Shown here piece after piece: positions 9,329 to 19,059 of a DNA stretch of 64,000 nucleotides. Under the pieces are notes generated by a model. It had not been told where the DNA came from and did not search any database. It saw only the letters and a list, made by a program, of their open reading frames with translations. Numbering within the stretch: position 1 is the first letter of the stretch; each line of letters opens with the position of its first letter. Made by a program: the position numbers and the translations under genes. The DNA is from a virus. Lineage: Duplodnaviria > Heunggongvirae > Uroviricota > Caudoviricetes. The stretch is taken from IMG/VR virus record IMGVR_UViG_3300017650_000009. The stretch is one strand, 5' to 3'.

Positions 9329-9683
9329 ATTCATCAGCCATATCTCGCAAACGAATACGAGCCGCCCGCAAGCATACCAGCTGACGTTGATCACGTCTTC
9401 CCTGGTGATCTCGATTACCACGGCGAGAACGTTTTGCAGCCTTAAGTCGTTTGAGAACTTCTTTGATTCGCCAATCAATGGAATAGAATGCCTGGTGCCG
9501 GAAGCCCTTTGTCTTACAGTTGGGATCCGTTGTATTTCCGTAATCATAACGGAAACAGCCTTCAAAAACAAGCAGAGCCAAGTTATTGAAATAACGAGCC
9601 TGTGATTTATTTCGTTCCCAATAGTAATAGATGTCGTTGGTGAACGCAGCCAGTGTCTTTTTCAGTTTAGGTTTTTTACTCAT
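9303..9683 (-). CDS. basic hypothetical protein
   Basis: AAAGGAGG RBS and promoter at 9703-9730. Confidence 0.65.
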   Translation of the reverse strand: MSKKPKLKKTLAAFTNDIYYYWERNKSQARYFNNLALLVFEGCFRYDYGNTTDPNCKTKGFRHQAFYSIDWRIKEVLKRLKAAKRSRRGNRDHQGRRDQRQLVCLRAARIRLRDMADEYDNRPNSD

Positions 9684-9702
9684 CACGGACCTCCTTTAGC
9701 CA

Positions 9703-9730
9703 AATATAACACAGGCTACTCATATGTCAA
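9703..9730 (-). promoter_or_regulatory. sigma70-type early promoter
   Basis: TTGACA-16 nt-TATATT with TGT. Confidence 0.6.
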
Positions 9731-9945
9731 CATTCGGTACCATCGAACAACAGTTTAATCATCAAAGCATAATCTCGATCTTTGAATTGAATAAACCGGT
9801 ACAAACCGCTGAAGATAACATCTTGCTTGCGACCTTCAGAAAAAATATGTTTGAGTACCATTGTGATTTGATTGTTGAAATGCAAACGATACGGATAACT
9901 ATGTTTGCCGCCGACAAATTCATATTTTATATCGTATGTTACCAT
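9727..9945 (-). CDS. small protein, FKL-type module
   Basis: FIQFKDRDYALMIKL. Confidence 0.65.
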   Translation of the reverse strand: MVTYDIKYEFVGGKHSYPYRLHFNNQITMVLKHIFSEGRKQDVIFSGLYRFIQFKDRDYALMIKLLFDGTEC

Positions 9946-10289
9946 AAAATCATAGCCCTACTACGTGTCGCTGAATTACGAAAAAAGATAGTCTTGTCGA
10001 CCTCGTCATAATACCACATGATGATACCATCTGGATCTATTTGTTCTATCTGAAATCTTATCTCTTCAAGCCAACGGTTGAACAATCGCTCGAAGGTGGT
10101 GTCGAAAAACCAATGTGATAGATTGGAGTCATCAATTGCCCGAAATACAACTTCTTCGAATATCGCATCCAGATAATAATCTTCTCCTAATGCATCGGTA
10201 AACCGGCATTGTTTGAAAAGCAAAGTGTGTTTATTGTCCAGATACTCATACATGGGCATAAAATATACAGGTCTTTCGTGCCGTGTCAA
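9939..10289 (-). CDS. small protein, degenerate FKL-type module
   Basis: IFFRNSATRSRAMILW; start uncertain. Confidence 0.55.
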   Translation of the reverse strand: MTRHERPVYFMPMYEYLDNKHTLLFKQCRFTDALGEDYYLDAIFEEVVFRAIDDSNLSHWFFDTTFERLFNRWLEEIRFQIEQIDPDGIIMWYYDEVDKTIFFRNSATRSRAMILW

Positions 10290-10328
10290 ACAATAATTTT
10301 GACTTAGGAACGCATTCCTGTTATTTTT

Positions 10329-10359
10329 ATAATCATAATCATAATAATAATAATAATAA
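10329..10359 (+). repeat. (ATA/ATC)n trinucleotide tract in clpP leader
   Basis: ATAATCATAATCATAATAATAATAATAATAA after TTGACT-17 nt-TATTTT promoter. Confidence 0.7.
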
Positions 10360-10379
10360 GAAAAACGGGGAGAATTCCT

Positions 10380-11021
10380 TTGAATCCAAATGTGCCTACC
10401 TTTGTGCCCACGGTCCCGACGTTTAGTCTCACAGAACCCTCTCTTGCTGTTAAGGCAGCACCGGAGGCTAATACGACTTCCACGTCGCCGAGTCTTAAGG
10501 ACAAAGGTATTCTATTCATTAGCGATATTATCAATAGTAATGTCGCACAAAACGTTGTGAGTTGGATCCTCGAAGCAAACATGGATACCGAACGCAAGTA
10601 CGATCACCTGACTTTGATCATTAACAGTCCGGGTGGTGAAATGCCTAGTGCCTTTGCAATCATCGATACTATTGCCGGTTCACGTATTCCAGTCCACACA
10701 GTCGGGTTGGGTCAGATTAGCTCTTGTGGTTTTCTCATATTCATCAGTGGTGCAAAGGGTTATCGAATTCTTACACCGAATACCACAATCCTTTCACATC
10801 AATGGTTCTGGGGCAACGTCGGTAAGGCGCATGAACTACTTGGTGTAACAAAGCAGTACAACTTTATCAATGAGCGTATGGAAGCTCATTATGTGCGCCA
10901 TACGGGATTGGATATCGAAACAATTCGTACTCGTTTACTTCCACCAACCGACACATGGCTCAGTGCTGACGAAGCAAAGGAAATGGGCATTTGTGACGAA
11001 ATCAGATTAGTGAGTGCATAA
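10380..11021 (+). CDS. clpP: ATP-dependent Clp protease proteolytic subunit
   Basis: INSPGG, catalytic S (GQISSCG), H (LSHQ), D (DTWLSADEA); TTG start. Confidence 0.9.
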   Translation: MNPNVPTFVPTVPTFSLTEPSLAVKAAPEANTTSTSPSLKDKGILFISDIINSNVAQNVVSWILEANMDTERKYDHLTLIINSPGGEMPSAFAIIDTIAGSRIPVHTVGLGQISSCGFLIFISGAKGYRILTPNTTILSHQWFWGNVGKAHELLGVTKQYNFINERMEAHYVRHTGLDIETIRTRLLPPTDTWLSADEAKEMGICDEIRLVSA

Positions 11022-11431
11022 TGCGTTATGTCGCGGGATTAATGTATTCGGAAGACCTTTCGAAGGTCGCAATGGTATTAAAGAACCGCCCCGAATGGCA
11101 AGCTGGAAAGTTTAATGCAATCGGGGGTAAAATCGAGCATGATGAAGATCCCGCGGCAGCAATGGTGCGTGAGTTTCGTGAAGAAACAGGTGTGCAAACG
11201 AGCCAACATGATTGGGAGTTTTTCACCAACCTTCAAGGACCTTGGGGATCTGTTATGTTCTTCCTAATGCGCGATGATCGTGTATTTGAAGTTAAGACAA
11301 TGGAAGATGAAGAGATACATATTATAGGTGTGCGGGATTTGCCACATAATATTATTGGTAATCTACGTTGGATAATACCAATGAGCTTGGACTCAGCTGT
11401 AATTCCACCACTTTCCATAAAATGCGTATAA
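11021..11431 (+). CDS. Nudix hydrolase
   Basis: Nudix box GGKIEHDEDPAAAMVREFREETGV. Confidence 0.9.
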   Translation: MRYVAGLMYSEDLSKVAMVLKNRPEWQAGKFNAIGGKIEHDEDPAAAMVREFREETGVQTSQHDWEFFTNLQGPWGSVMFFLMRDDRVFEVKTMEDEEIHIIGVRDLPHNIIGNLRWIIPMSLDSAVIPPLSIKCV

Positions 11432-11470
11432 ATAGGGTTATAAATTTTAACCCCAAATAGAGACAATACT

Positions 11471-11689
11471 TTGGCTAAAGAAGAATCCATTAAGTTTACG
11501 GGAACAGTCCTTGAGGTTCTCCCGAATACAACGTTTCGTGTAGAACTCCAGAACGGTGCTCGTTTGCTCGCGCACATTTCGGGGAAAATGCGTAAGAACA
11601 ATATCAATATTTTGTTAAATGATAAGGTTGATGTGGAAGTGTCCCCTTATGATATCACTAAGGGACGCATTGTTTATCGTTACAAATAA
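11471..11689 (+). CDS. infA: translation initiation factor IF-1
   Basis: 72 aa, [23 protein letters not shown]; TATAAATA at 11427-11434. Confidence 0.95.
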   Translation: MAKEESIKFTGTVLEVLPNTTFRVELQNGARLLAHISGKMRKNNINILLNDKVDVEVSPYDITKGRIVYRYK

Positions 11690-12096
11690 GACAACGATAA
11701 CTTGAGTATCATCAAATCACGTTCAGTTCTAGCGATAGCAACATTTGGGTGTGCTATCGCTAGATTTTTGTTTGAGTTGATTAGAGTTATATCATCATCG
11801 GTAAACCGATCATGCACCTGATATTTGACCGGGAACAAATACCAATAGTTAAACAGAGACATTTTGAGCCAGCGTTGTCTCTTATTGGATAGCCTGCAAA
11901 TATACTCGTAAAAGCAAAGCAAACCAATAAACGATGTGATTCCAGCAAGTGTCCCCAATCGGTACCAAAACATGGTTGCTGGTAAACTCAATTGTATGAG
12001 CATCAAATAATAAGTAGTTCGATACTCGGAGATACGACGAGAAGCTTCTGCAAGATATGCCGCTCTTAATGCACGGCCATCCATACTAACACCCAT
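11680..12096 (-). CDS. membrane protein, FKL-type module
   Basis: Two hydrophobic segments; [12 protein letters not shown]. Confidence 0.65.
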   Translation of the reverse strand: MGVSMDGRALRAAYLAEASRRISEYRTTYYLMLIQLSLPATMFWYRLGTLAGITSFIGLLCFYEYICRLSNKRQRWLKMSLFNYWYLFPVKYQVHDRFTDDDITLINSNKNLAIAHPNVAIARTERDLMILKLSLSYL

Positions 12097-12105
12097 TGAA
12101 CTCTC

Positions 12106-12576
12106 CTATATTGTAAGTCTAGCTTCAACCGCTTGCTTTTGTGATCTGAAGAGCGCTATTAGCACCCATTTGCGATGGGTAATTTTGCTTGGGTCTGGCA
12201 AATATATGTTGGTACCATACGAATCAAGCAGTTCGTAAAGAGCTCTTTTATATGCATCAGTTGTATCAAATTCGATTATTACGAGTATAGGCTTACGCAA
12301 GTAGGCCCACCAATGTTTGAATACATTGAATCGTGAATTATTATGTCCACGAATAGAAACGTACCAAAATGCAATATATGAGCATAAGAGCGTACAAAGC
12401 AAGAAGAAAGAGGCAACATGCCGTTCAATTGTCAAATCAGTTGCGGTTACAACTACATGTGTAGTAAAACCAACGAGCATCGTGAGGACAATCAATACCG
12501 CCAAGAAGAACCCCGCCTTACGTCGAAGTTCAGCAATTTCGTATTTTAGTCTTACTTCGAATCGCTTGCTAATCAT
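12106..12576 (-). CDS. membrane protein, FKL-type module
   Basis: Two TM segments; LFRSQKQAVEARL. Confidence 0.7.
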   Translation of the reverse strand: MISKRFEVRLKYEIAELRRKAGFFLAVLIVLTMLVGFTTHVVVTATDLTIERHVASFFLLCTLLCSYIAFWYVSIRGHNNSRFNVFKHWWAYLRKPILVIIEFDTTDAYKRALYELLDSYGTNIYLPDPSKITHRKWVLIALFRSQKQAVEARLTI

Positions 12577-12815
12577 CCAAAAATCAACCTACACTGGATT
12601 GCAGTTGCACGATCCTTGAATTGCAACCAACGTTCGCCCGTGTATTCGTCATATTTGAGCTCGTATTTGCCCTTATACGGATAGAGCCATGTTTCAAGCT
12701 CTTGATCCCAAACCACCGGATAACGTTCCTGATAATCAATTCGGATTAAACCAGTACGAACAAAAACACGAAGATCATCGCGTTTCTTGAACCATGCTTT
12801 AAATTTATCAAACAT
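12573..12815 (-). CDS. small protein, FKL-type module
   Basis: ELETWL...LQFKDRATAIQCRL. Confidence 0.7.
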   Translation of the reverse strand: MFDKFKAWFKKRDDLRVFVRTGLIRIDYQERYPVVWDQELETWLYPYKGKYELKYDEYTGERWLQFKDRATAIQCRLIFG

Positions 12816-12817
12816 AT

Positions 12818-13231
12818 CTACTCCAGCATTAATCGGACTATTGCAGCATCACCTGGACGTCGAAACACAAAAACAGTATCAGCATGTGTTTGATACGCCA
12901 CATACATTCGATCTGGTCCGATGGATTCCTTAATCCAATCCGAAACATCGGAATGTCCATACCCCACATATATCGCTGTCCCACATCGAAGCTTCCATAG
13001 GTTTCGGAAATCACGTTCCAATTTGTTCCAGAACGTATATCCAATCATAAAGAAAGCAAGAGTATGACCGATGAATATTCCAATTAAATTAATTGAAAGA
13101 TCACCGAAAATATTGGCCATAACAAACAACACGTCGAGCAGAAGCAAACATATCACACCACCGGCGATGAACCGATATGTGCGAATGTTTTCATCGATGG
13201 TTATTTGCCATTCTTCAGTGGTTTTGTTCAT
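12818..13231 (-). CDS. membrane protein, FKL-type module
   Basis: Two TM segments; VSDWIKE...FVFRRPGDAAIVRL. Confidence 0.7.
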   Translation of the reverse strand: MNKTTEEWQITIDENIRTYRFIAGGVICLLLLDVLFVMANIFGDLSINLIGIFIGHTLAFFMIGYTFWNKLERDFRNLWKLRCGTAIYVGYGHSDVSDWIKESIGPDRMYVAYQTHADTVFVFRRPGDAAIVRLMLE

Positions 13232-13701
13232 ATAACCAACCTAAATGCAACTGCCTTTTTATTATCACGAATCAAATGCAGGGTGTGGTTATTCAATACA
13301 CGATGTGTTCGGGGATGAAACATTTCCGTTGGTTCGAAATAATTTCGTACTTTATCGGAGAATTCAATCGCATCCCTTACACTTTCGTGCTCATATGCGA
13401 GAACAGTATAGTTGCCCCAAAGCACCCAGAACTGTCCTATAAAATCTAATTTTTCATATGAATCGCCACGAACCACCCGATATAGCAGACGACAACCAAA
13501 TCCAACAAATCCCAAACAACCCAATAGTGGTAAAATCATGTTCATGTTGGAATCAATAATTTGCAGACTCCAATATACGAATACGCCGAGCCCAATACAA
13601 ATCATAAGAACCGTGCACATGAGCATAAAGAACATGTGACGTAAATCACCCAGTGTCATTTCGAGTACGAATTTACAATCGTCGTCCGCTAGTGGTTTCA
13701 T
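13228..13701 (-). CDS. membrane protein, FKL-type module
   Basis: Two TM segments; LIRDNKKAVAFRL. Confidence 0.7.
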   Translation of the reverse strand: MKPLADDDCKFVLEMTLGDLRHMFFMLMCTVLMICIGLGVFVYWSLQIIDSNMNMILPLLGCLGFVGFGCRLLYRVVRGDSYEKLDFIGQFWVLWGNYTVLAYEHESVRDAIEFSDKVRNYFEPTEMFHPRTHRVLNNHTLHLIRDNKKAVAFRLVI

Positions 13702-14138
13702 CCGAACACCAATTTACAAAGCATCGTATCTTTTGCCTTTTTGAAGATGATTGCATTGGAAATCCAAAACGATCCACTATATGTGGATACGGGAAGCATG
13801 TTATGCTCAGTAGCAGTTTCCTCACGGTTCGTATAAACTAGCAGCGAACGAAACTTTGTTATATTTTGCTCATCTAGCCAAGGTACAACCGTGTCGCGAT
13901 GATAACGGTTGATAAGATCGACAACATAATGGCCAACATTTGGAATATATGGGGCATTTGGATTGGCCTGTTCAAAGGCTTCCCTGATTTCCGTATTGCT
14001 GATGATAACCGTACGGGCTTGATTCAACGTGTTGATCGGAGTATATGAGTGATTAGCTCCGGTAGCAAATGGTGTTTCACGGCCATAATCGGAAACACCA
14101 TTGCTATACTTCTGTTCAAATGCTTTAGCTCTCGACAT
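13698..14138 (-). CDS. hypothetical protein, FKL-type module
   Basis: VVPWLDE...IIFKKAKDTMLCKL. Confidence 0.7.
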   Translation of the reverse strand: MSRAKAFEQKYSNGVSDYGRETPFATGANHSYTPINTLNQARTVIISNTEIREAFEQANPNAPYIPNVGHYVVDLINRYHRDTVVPWLDEQNITKFRSLLVYTNREETATEHNMLPVSTYSGSFWISNAIIFKKAKDTMLCKLVFG

Positions 14139-15038
14139 TTAACCCTCTAGTGCGCGTTCCATTTCCTCTACAGTGTACTCGTTACGAGCAGCACTTCTTC
14201 CGAGAGCTTCGAGGAACCTTACTTTGAGATCGTCGTACTCTTCAGGAAATAATTCCTTTAACTTGTGCACGACTTTTTCGAATGTGTCAACATCACTTGG
14301 TGAAGTTTCTGTACCAAAAAGCACTGACAGCACAACCGTTGGGTTGGTCAGATAACCATGTCTGGGAAGTCTTGGACAATCCGGGAAACGTGTTTCGACT
14401 TCATCCGCACTAACTATTGCAACACCTTGTCCAACACGTTTCTGCATTTTCCATTTGCGATGCAATCCCTTCTCCAAGTCGAAATGCCAGCCAACACGAG
14501 CCAAGCGTGGTTTCTCTGGATCGCCATCAACAAAGCATTCGTAGTCTTTCAGACGTTTTGCGAGTACACCAAACATGGTGCTCATAAACACACCCTTCCA
14601 CGGACTGTTATCCTTGCCCGGACTAAAGTGACTGAACTTCAACCATTCTGGATCACCCGCAAGAAAGTCACACTGAACATAACCCAAACTTGCATCACCA
14701 CAAACAGGCCATGCACTCTGGAATTGACCTCCATTGAGCGTCTTTGTGCTCATCTGTTCATCCGGAAGTAACTCACGCATACGACGAGCAAATGCACGAA
14801 GATCGAACACTGGAAGCTCGGGTTCACCGACAAAGCGAGCAACTTTGGTGTTCATGGCGAAATCCAAATCACCCGAATCGTCTTGCTTTCCTGCGGACCC
14901 CATCATATTATCCCAAGCGTATTCAAATGTGAATCCCGGATAATTCATCTGCTCACATACGAAACGAACAGTTGGTTCCAACTGTTCTCGTTTTATACGT
15001 CTCAGATCTAACCGGGGGAATGCATTCCCGCCCATCAT
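14139..15038 (-). CDS. Pol-beta-superfamily nucleotidyltransferase
   Basis: MGGNAF start, GS-x7-GDLD motif, third Asp in VQCDF. Confidence 0.7.
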   Translation of the reverse strand: MMGGNAFPRLDLRRIKREQLEPTVRFVCEQMNYPGFTFEYAWDNMMGSAGKQDDSGDLDFAMNTKVARFVGEPELPVFDLRAFARRMRELLPDEQMSTKTLNGGQFQSAWPVCGDASLGYVQCDFLAGDPEWLKFSHFSPGKDNSPWKGVFMSTMFGVLAKRLKDYECFVDGDPEKPRLARVGWHFDLEKGLHRKWKMQKRVGQGVAIVSADEVETRFPDCPRLPRHGYLTNPTVVLSVLFGTETSPSDVDTFEKVVHKLKELFPEEYDDLKVRFLEALGRSAARNEYTVEEMERALEG

Positions 15039-15039
15039 A

Positions 15040-15324
15040 TTATTCCTTCTGCTCGATCTCTATTATATCCATTTTATTAGTCGCATGGTAAAACAAAATA
15101 AATGGAACCCATGCAAGCGTAAGCCTTTGGATACGAGTGCGTGTTGCCGTTTCGTCCAATTTACGGCGCCTAACTCTCTTGGACACTTTCCAGCCGAAAA
15201 ACGGCAACACGACCCATCTGTGTTTCCATCGTGGATCAAATCCGCGGGATAAGCGTAGAAAACCAGCACCAGTGTTGGTTGACCAAATAACGCCGAAACC
15301 ATGTCTTTCAAGTTTCTTTATCAT
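15040..15324 (-). CDS. hypothetical protein
   Basis: GGGAG RBS, promoter at 15346-15373. Confidence 0.55.
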   Translation of the reverse strand: MIKKLERHGFGVIWSTNTGAGFLRLSRGFDPRWKHRWVVLPFFGWKVSKRVRRRKLDETATRTRIQRLTLAWVPFILFYHATNKMDIIEIEQKE

Positions 15325-15345
15325 TTACTTTCTCCCTTCGAATTT

Positions 15346-15373
15346 ACCCTAACACACTACCTATTTGTGTCAA
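15346..15373 (-). promoter_or_regulatory. sigma70-type early promoter
   Basis: TTGACA-16 nt-TAGGGT with TGT. Confidence 0.6.
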
Positions 15374-15376
15374 GCA

Positions 15377-15670
15377 CTAAAGGAGCATACGAAGCAAAAC
15401 AGCTTGATTGGTACTCAAGTTTATTTCGATAATTGAACTACTGGCTTCAGTTTTACGAATTGTCTTATGACATGCCGCCCAGAATTCAGTACTAATATCG
15501 GCGGTATCCAGGAAATTAATGAACTCCTTCCGTATGACATAACTGTTATACGGAGTTGTATTCATTGTGAAAAACCGTGCATCATTAACTAGTTCATAGA
15601 ATCTGAATGACCATGTCCAGTTAGACTGATCCACTTGTGTTAGCTTGAAGGAATTGTGTAAATCGCTCAT
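15377..15670 (-). CDS. small protein, FKL-like C-terminus
   Basis: INLSTNQAVLLRM. Confidence 0.55.
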   Translation of the reverse strand: MSDLHNSFKLTQVDQSNWTWSFRFYELVNDARFFTMNTTPYNSYVIRKEFINFLDTADISTEFWAACHKTIRKTEASSSIIEINLSTNQAVLLRMLL

Positions 15671-16109
15671 TATCGGTTGATGCCTTTAACTTTTTACGGC
15701 GTGCCGTTTCGACTTTGGCGTTTGCAACCAAGTAAACGAGCCGTGATTTCAAATCATCGTACCAAGGGCCTTCTTTGCCCGGAATTGGTTTATTCGAGTA
15801 CAGGATGATGAACTGATCCACATGCAAGTCTGGAGACTCAGCAAGAAACACGATATATTCATCAACTCCTGTTTGTCGCAAACCGAAAGTCGCATACAAA
15901 CCACCGCCCAATGGTACTCCCATATTTGCAGCAGTTTCATCAATCTTGTCCACATGTTTTGTGAAACCAAAAAGACCAAACTTTGCAATTTCCGGTGCAT
16001 CGGGTGAAACCTCGCAAAGCTCCCCAATAAGCTCGTTGATTTCCGAGTTATGCTTGTGACGTTCAGCGGCTACTGAAAGCCGCTTAATTGCATCGGAGAA
16101 CCCAAACAT
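15621..16109 (-). CDS. hypothetical protein
   Basis: TAATG coupling with upstream ORF. Confidence 0.6.
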   Translation of the reverse strand: MFGFSDAIKRLSVAAERHKHNSEINELIGELCEVSPDAPEIAKFGLFGFTKHVDKIDETAANMGVPLGGGLYATFGLRQTGVDEYIVFLAESPDLHVDQFIILYSNKPIPGKEGPWYDDLKSRLVYLVANAKVETARRKKLKASTDNERFTQFLQANTSGSV

Positions 16110-16486
16110 TATCCGCCCACCCGAACCGAACCGCCGGCATCAATACTTCCGGAAACCGAACCACCTACTCTTGCGGATCCACCCGTATCAACGTCTCCGC
16201 CGACATTGCCGTCAATATTTGCAGAACCACCGGCATCCACATTGCCGCCAACGTTTCCGCTAACACTGATGGAGCCGCCAGCATCAGCTGACCCCTGAAT
16301 TTCAGTGCATGTGACTGAACCGCCAGCGTGAAGTTCCTTTAGGACACCTTCAGTAACTCGGATATCGATTTCTTTTTGATTTGCATCGACGGAACCAACC
16401 AGATCACCATCCACGTAGACATTACGTGCAGATACACGAACTGAATCACCGACGAATGCTTGGCCATTGATAATTAGTTTTGCCAT
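16109..16486 (-). CDS. Gly-rich beta-solenoid repeat protein
   Basis: About four 16-aa repeats of G(S/N/D)VDAGGS-x-x-V-x-G-x-V-x. Confidence 0.7.
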   Translation of the reverse strand: MAKLIINGQAFVGDSVRVSARNVYVDGDLVGSVDANQKEIDIRVTEGVLKELHAGGSVTCTEIQGSADAGGSISVSGNVGGNVDAGGSANIDGNVGGDVDTGGSARVGGSVSGSIDAGGSVRVGG

Positions 16487-16529
16487 TTTGAACAATCCTT
16501 TCACGACACAAATTCCTTATACTTGGGCG

Positions 16530-16835
16530 TTACCGCAATTTCAAACGAAAAAGCGTCGCATATTTGGAATTCAAAATCAATCCATCCTTGCGAAGGACGT
16601 TGATGACCGAAGCCACACCAGTATAACCATGTTCTTCGAGCAGTTCACCGAACTCAGTGGTCCAACGGTAACGCATACGAGGATTGCCTCTCGCGGAACG
16701 CTGGATATTACTGTTTTGCTCTATGAGCCCACTATTGAGTAATGATTCGACGGCGTATCCATATGTGGGCACCGTCAATTTCATCAGCACAAAACCTTCA
16801 GCAAAATTCTCGAAAACAAAGTCCTTACTGGGCAA
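16530..16835 (-). CDS. small protein, FKL-like C-terminus
   Basis: ILNSKYATLFRL; likely TTG start after GGAG. Confidence 0.55.
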   Translation of the reverse strand: MPSKDFVFENFAEGFVLMKLTVPTYGYAVESLLNSGLIEQNSNIQRSARGNPRMRYRWTTEFGELLEEHGYTGVASVINVLRKDGLILNSKYATLFRLKLR

Positions 16836-17289
16836 ACAACTTCTCCAATTCCTTAATAGTCTTCGCTGCGCTGGTATGTAGGATACCAATTCCGCCAGCA
16901 TCAGTCCAACGCTTGATGTTCTTTTCCATATCATCGATAAGAACGTCGCCCGGTGCAAGCATGTGCTGGGGTTTATTCCGGCTCAAGCAAGTAATGACTT
17001 TTGTATCAGGAGTCAAGTTGTTAAGGCACCACAAACGCTTTCCATCCACAGCTAGTTCATGCCCGGTTGTTGGACATCCTGTGAGGATAGTTGGCTTATG
17101 TGGACGTATGAAATCCCAGAGTTGCTGAGCATCTGGCATTGGTGGCAACAGAGCCCAATGACCCTCTTTATCGCGGATCATCTTCCACATCACGCCCTCA
17201 GGGACGCTATTGTGGGCACGGCCGTGAATTTGAAGAAAGCCTCCTTCAAAGTCTACAAGTACGCCGTCGAGGTCACAAAAAATATGCAT
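16825..17289 (-). CDS. HAD 5'(3')-deoxyribonucleotidase-like protein
   Basis: FCDLDGVLVDF, ILTG, K-x2-W, LIDD, GGIGILH. Confidence 0.85.
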   Translation of the reverse strand: MHIFCDLDGVLVDFEGGFLQIHGRAHNSVPEGVMWKMIRDKEGHWALLPPMPDAQQLWDFIRPHKPTILTGCPTTGHELAVDGKRLWCLNNLTPDTKVITCLSRNKPQHMLAPGDVLIDDMEKNIKRWTDAGGIGILHTSAAKTIKELEKLFAQ

Positions 17290-17342
17290 GGTTTTCCTTT
17301 CTTTAACCCAGTATATGAGGAAAGGAAAAACAAAGCAACCTA

Positions 17343-17933
17343 TTAACAATGCACGAGTTTAAACATCATTGCATCACGAGGGTTGCGAAAAACAAATACA
17401 AGTCCAGTTTTATCGTACATCGAAATATAGGTTGCTGATACTGGTAAACAGAATGCCCCGGAATATTGGTGTCGTTTTTCGGCCGACGATGATCCATTGA
17501 AAATCATATGACAGAAGTAACTTCCCGGCCTACAGTTGTTAGTCACCCATTCATACGATTGTAAACTTTTGAAATTGTCCCATCCTCGCTCGGATGAACT
17601 CACATATGGAATCTCAATTGGGGTTCCACTGAAAGCTAACCAAAATGGAAACGATGTGAATCGATTTACTGATTGTATAACGGACCAAGTAAGCCAGGGA
17701 ACGTTGAACACCATCAAAGTCATGTTTGGAGCATTAAAGGGATGAAAGCCCAACGAGACAAATAAACAGACCCATATTAGATTGAATGTGGCTGCAATAA
17801 TAAGACCTTTTCCGTTTAGATCAAAATGTGGCTTCTGCCATTCGGTCTTCCGGAACTGTCCAATATAACGAAGATGATCGAACGCATTCCTACATGCATC
17901 ACCGAAGAAATGATCTACTGTTTTGAACTTCAT
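17343..17933 (-). CDS. membrane protein, FKL-type module
   Basis: TM segments; YEWVTNN...FVFRNPRDAMMFKL. Confidence 0.7.
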   Translation of the reverse strand: MKFKTVDHFFGDACRNAFDHLRYIGQFRKTEWQKPHFDLNGKGLIIAATFNLIWVCLFVSLGFHPFNAPNMTLMVFNVPWLTWSVIQSVNRFTSFPFWLAFSGTPIEIPYVSSSERGWDNFKSLQSYEWVTNNCRPGSYFCHMIFNGSSSAEKRHQYSGAFCLPVSATYISMYDKTGLVFVFRNPRDAMMFKLVHC

Positions 17934-18226
17934 GAATGCACCAATTTAAATGCAATGGCCATCTTGTTATCGAAAAATTTCAGCATGTAGTGGCGTGGAA
18001 TTTGCATTGTTTCACCTGACCAAGCATCAGCAGCAGATTCAGCATGAGCAATAGTAACCACCCATCCAAATCCATTGATGTCGTCGGTTCGGTTATTCGT
18101 ATAATATTCGCGACACCAATCAATCATACCGTAATAGGTAGATTTGATTTCCTCAGGACTTGTACCCGAGGAAATCGCAATCTGCATATCAATTGGTTTA
18201 TTTTGTGACTGCAACTGCATTAACAA
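17930..18226 (-). CDS. small protein, FKL-type module
   Basis: MIDWCRE...LKFFDNKMAIAFKL. Confidence 0.7.
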   Translation of the reverse strand: MLMQLQSQNKPIDMQIAISSGTSPEEIKSTYYGMIDWCREYYTNNRTDDINGFGWVVTIAHAESAADAWSGETMQIPRHYMLKFFDNKMAIAFKLVHS

Positions 18227-19031
18227 CCTTACAATTTCCTACACGTGGGCTTGCACCAACGCCATAATACTTAACTGTCTGACCCGGATTAATAACAGTC
18301 TCATTGCGCATGTCTACCTGCTGAACCGGCATAGTAACAACTGCACGAGTAACTTGATTGTCCATTGCACATGCAATCTGCACGTTCTTTACTGGAACCG
18401 TACCGTTGTTTGTGTACTCGAAGAAATTCTTGAAATTCTTGTACGAGCTTGCAACCGAAATATCATACGCCACACGCTGCGAAAAATCTGCATAATCTAC
18501 CGAGCAAGCAATCGTCTGTGGATTTACGAAGAACTCACGCATTGTGGTGTTCGACATTGCCGAAAACTCTTTCGATTCGCCCTTCTGCATGAGAACGCCG
18601 CCGATACCCGTCTTAAACGTGCGATCGATAATCTTGCCATCATCATATGCAGCGCGGCAAACGATACGGACCTCCTTGAGAAAATCATCGCTCATGTTCG
18701 TTACGCGAACCATACCAGTCTTAATTCCGTTAGTGCGGAGCATCTGAACCTGCACTTGGCTTTCAACACCAACCTCTTGGCGAACCGGCGAGGAGTTTAC
18801 CGAATACTTGAAGCTTTCACCGCCAATGTATGATGCAAATGCAAGACCAACCCAGATAATGAGAGCCCAGTTACGGAGACCAAAATGTATTGCAAAACGC
18901 AAAAGCAAGAATGATACAACAAACAAAATTGTGTACCATCCCAGCAAATTAAACGTGAACATGTTGGCAAAGCCATTATTACCAATTGCTGTACCGATAA
19001 AAATAACCAGTGCAATAACAACTTGTAGCAT
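18198..19031 (-). CDS. membrane protein with two beta-rich (Ig-like) extracytoplasmic domains
   Basis: Three N-terminal hydrophobic helices; twin VTNMSD..V.I.C / YTNNGT..V.I.C patterns; AGGAG RBS. Confidence 0.7.
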   Translation of the reverse strand: MLQVVIALVIFIGTAIGNNGFANMFTFNLLGWYTILFVVSFLLLRFAIHFGLRNWALIIWVGLAFASYIGGESFKYSVNSSPVRQEVGVESQVQVQMLRTNGIKTGMVRVTNMSDDFLKEVRIVCRAAYDDGKIIDRTFKTGIGGVLMQKGESKEFSAMSNTTMREFFVNPQTIACSVDYADFSQRVAYDISVASSYKNFKNFFEYTNNGTVPVKNVQIACAMDNQVTRAVVTMPVQQVDMRNETVINPGQTVKYYGVGASPRVGNCKVVNAVAVTK

Positions 19032-19059
19032 GTTCGATCTCCTGTTCCGTTATGTTCTT

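Noticed and set aside
8901-9719. Shared ACAGGCTAC 9-mer in two promoter spacers as an operator
   Set aside because: Only two copies, in different registers; could be chance.
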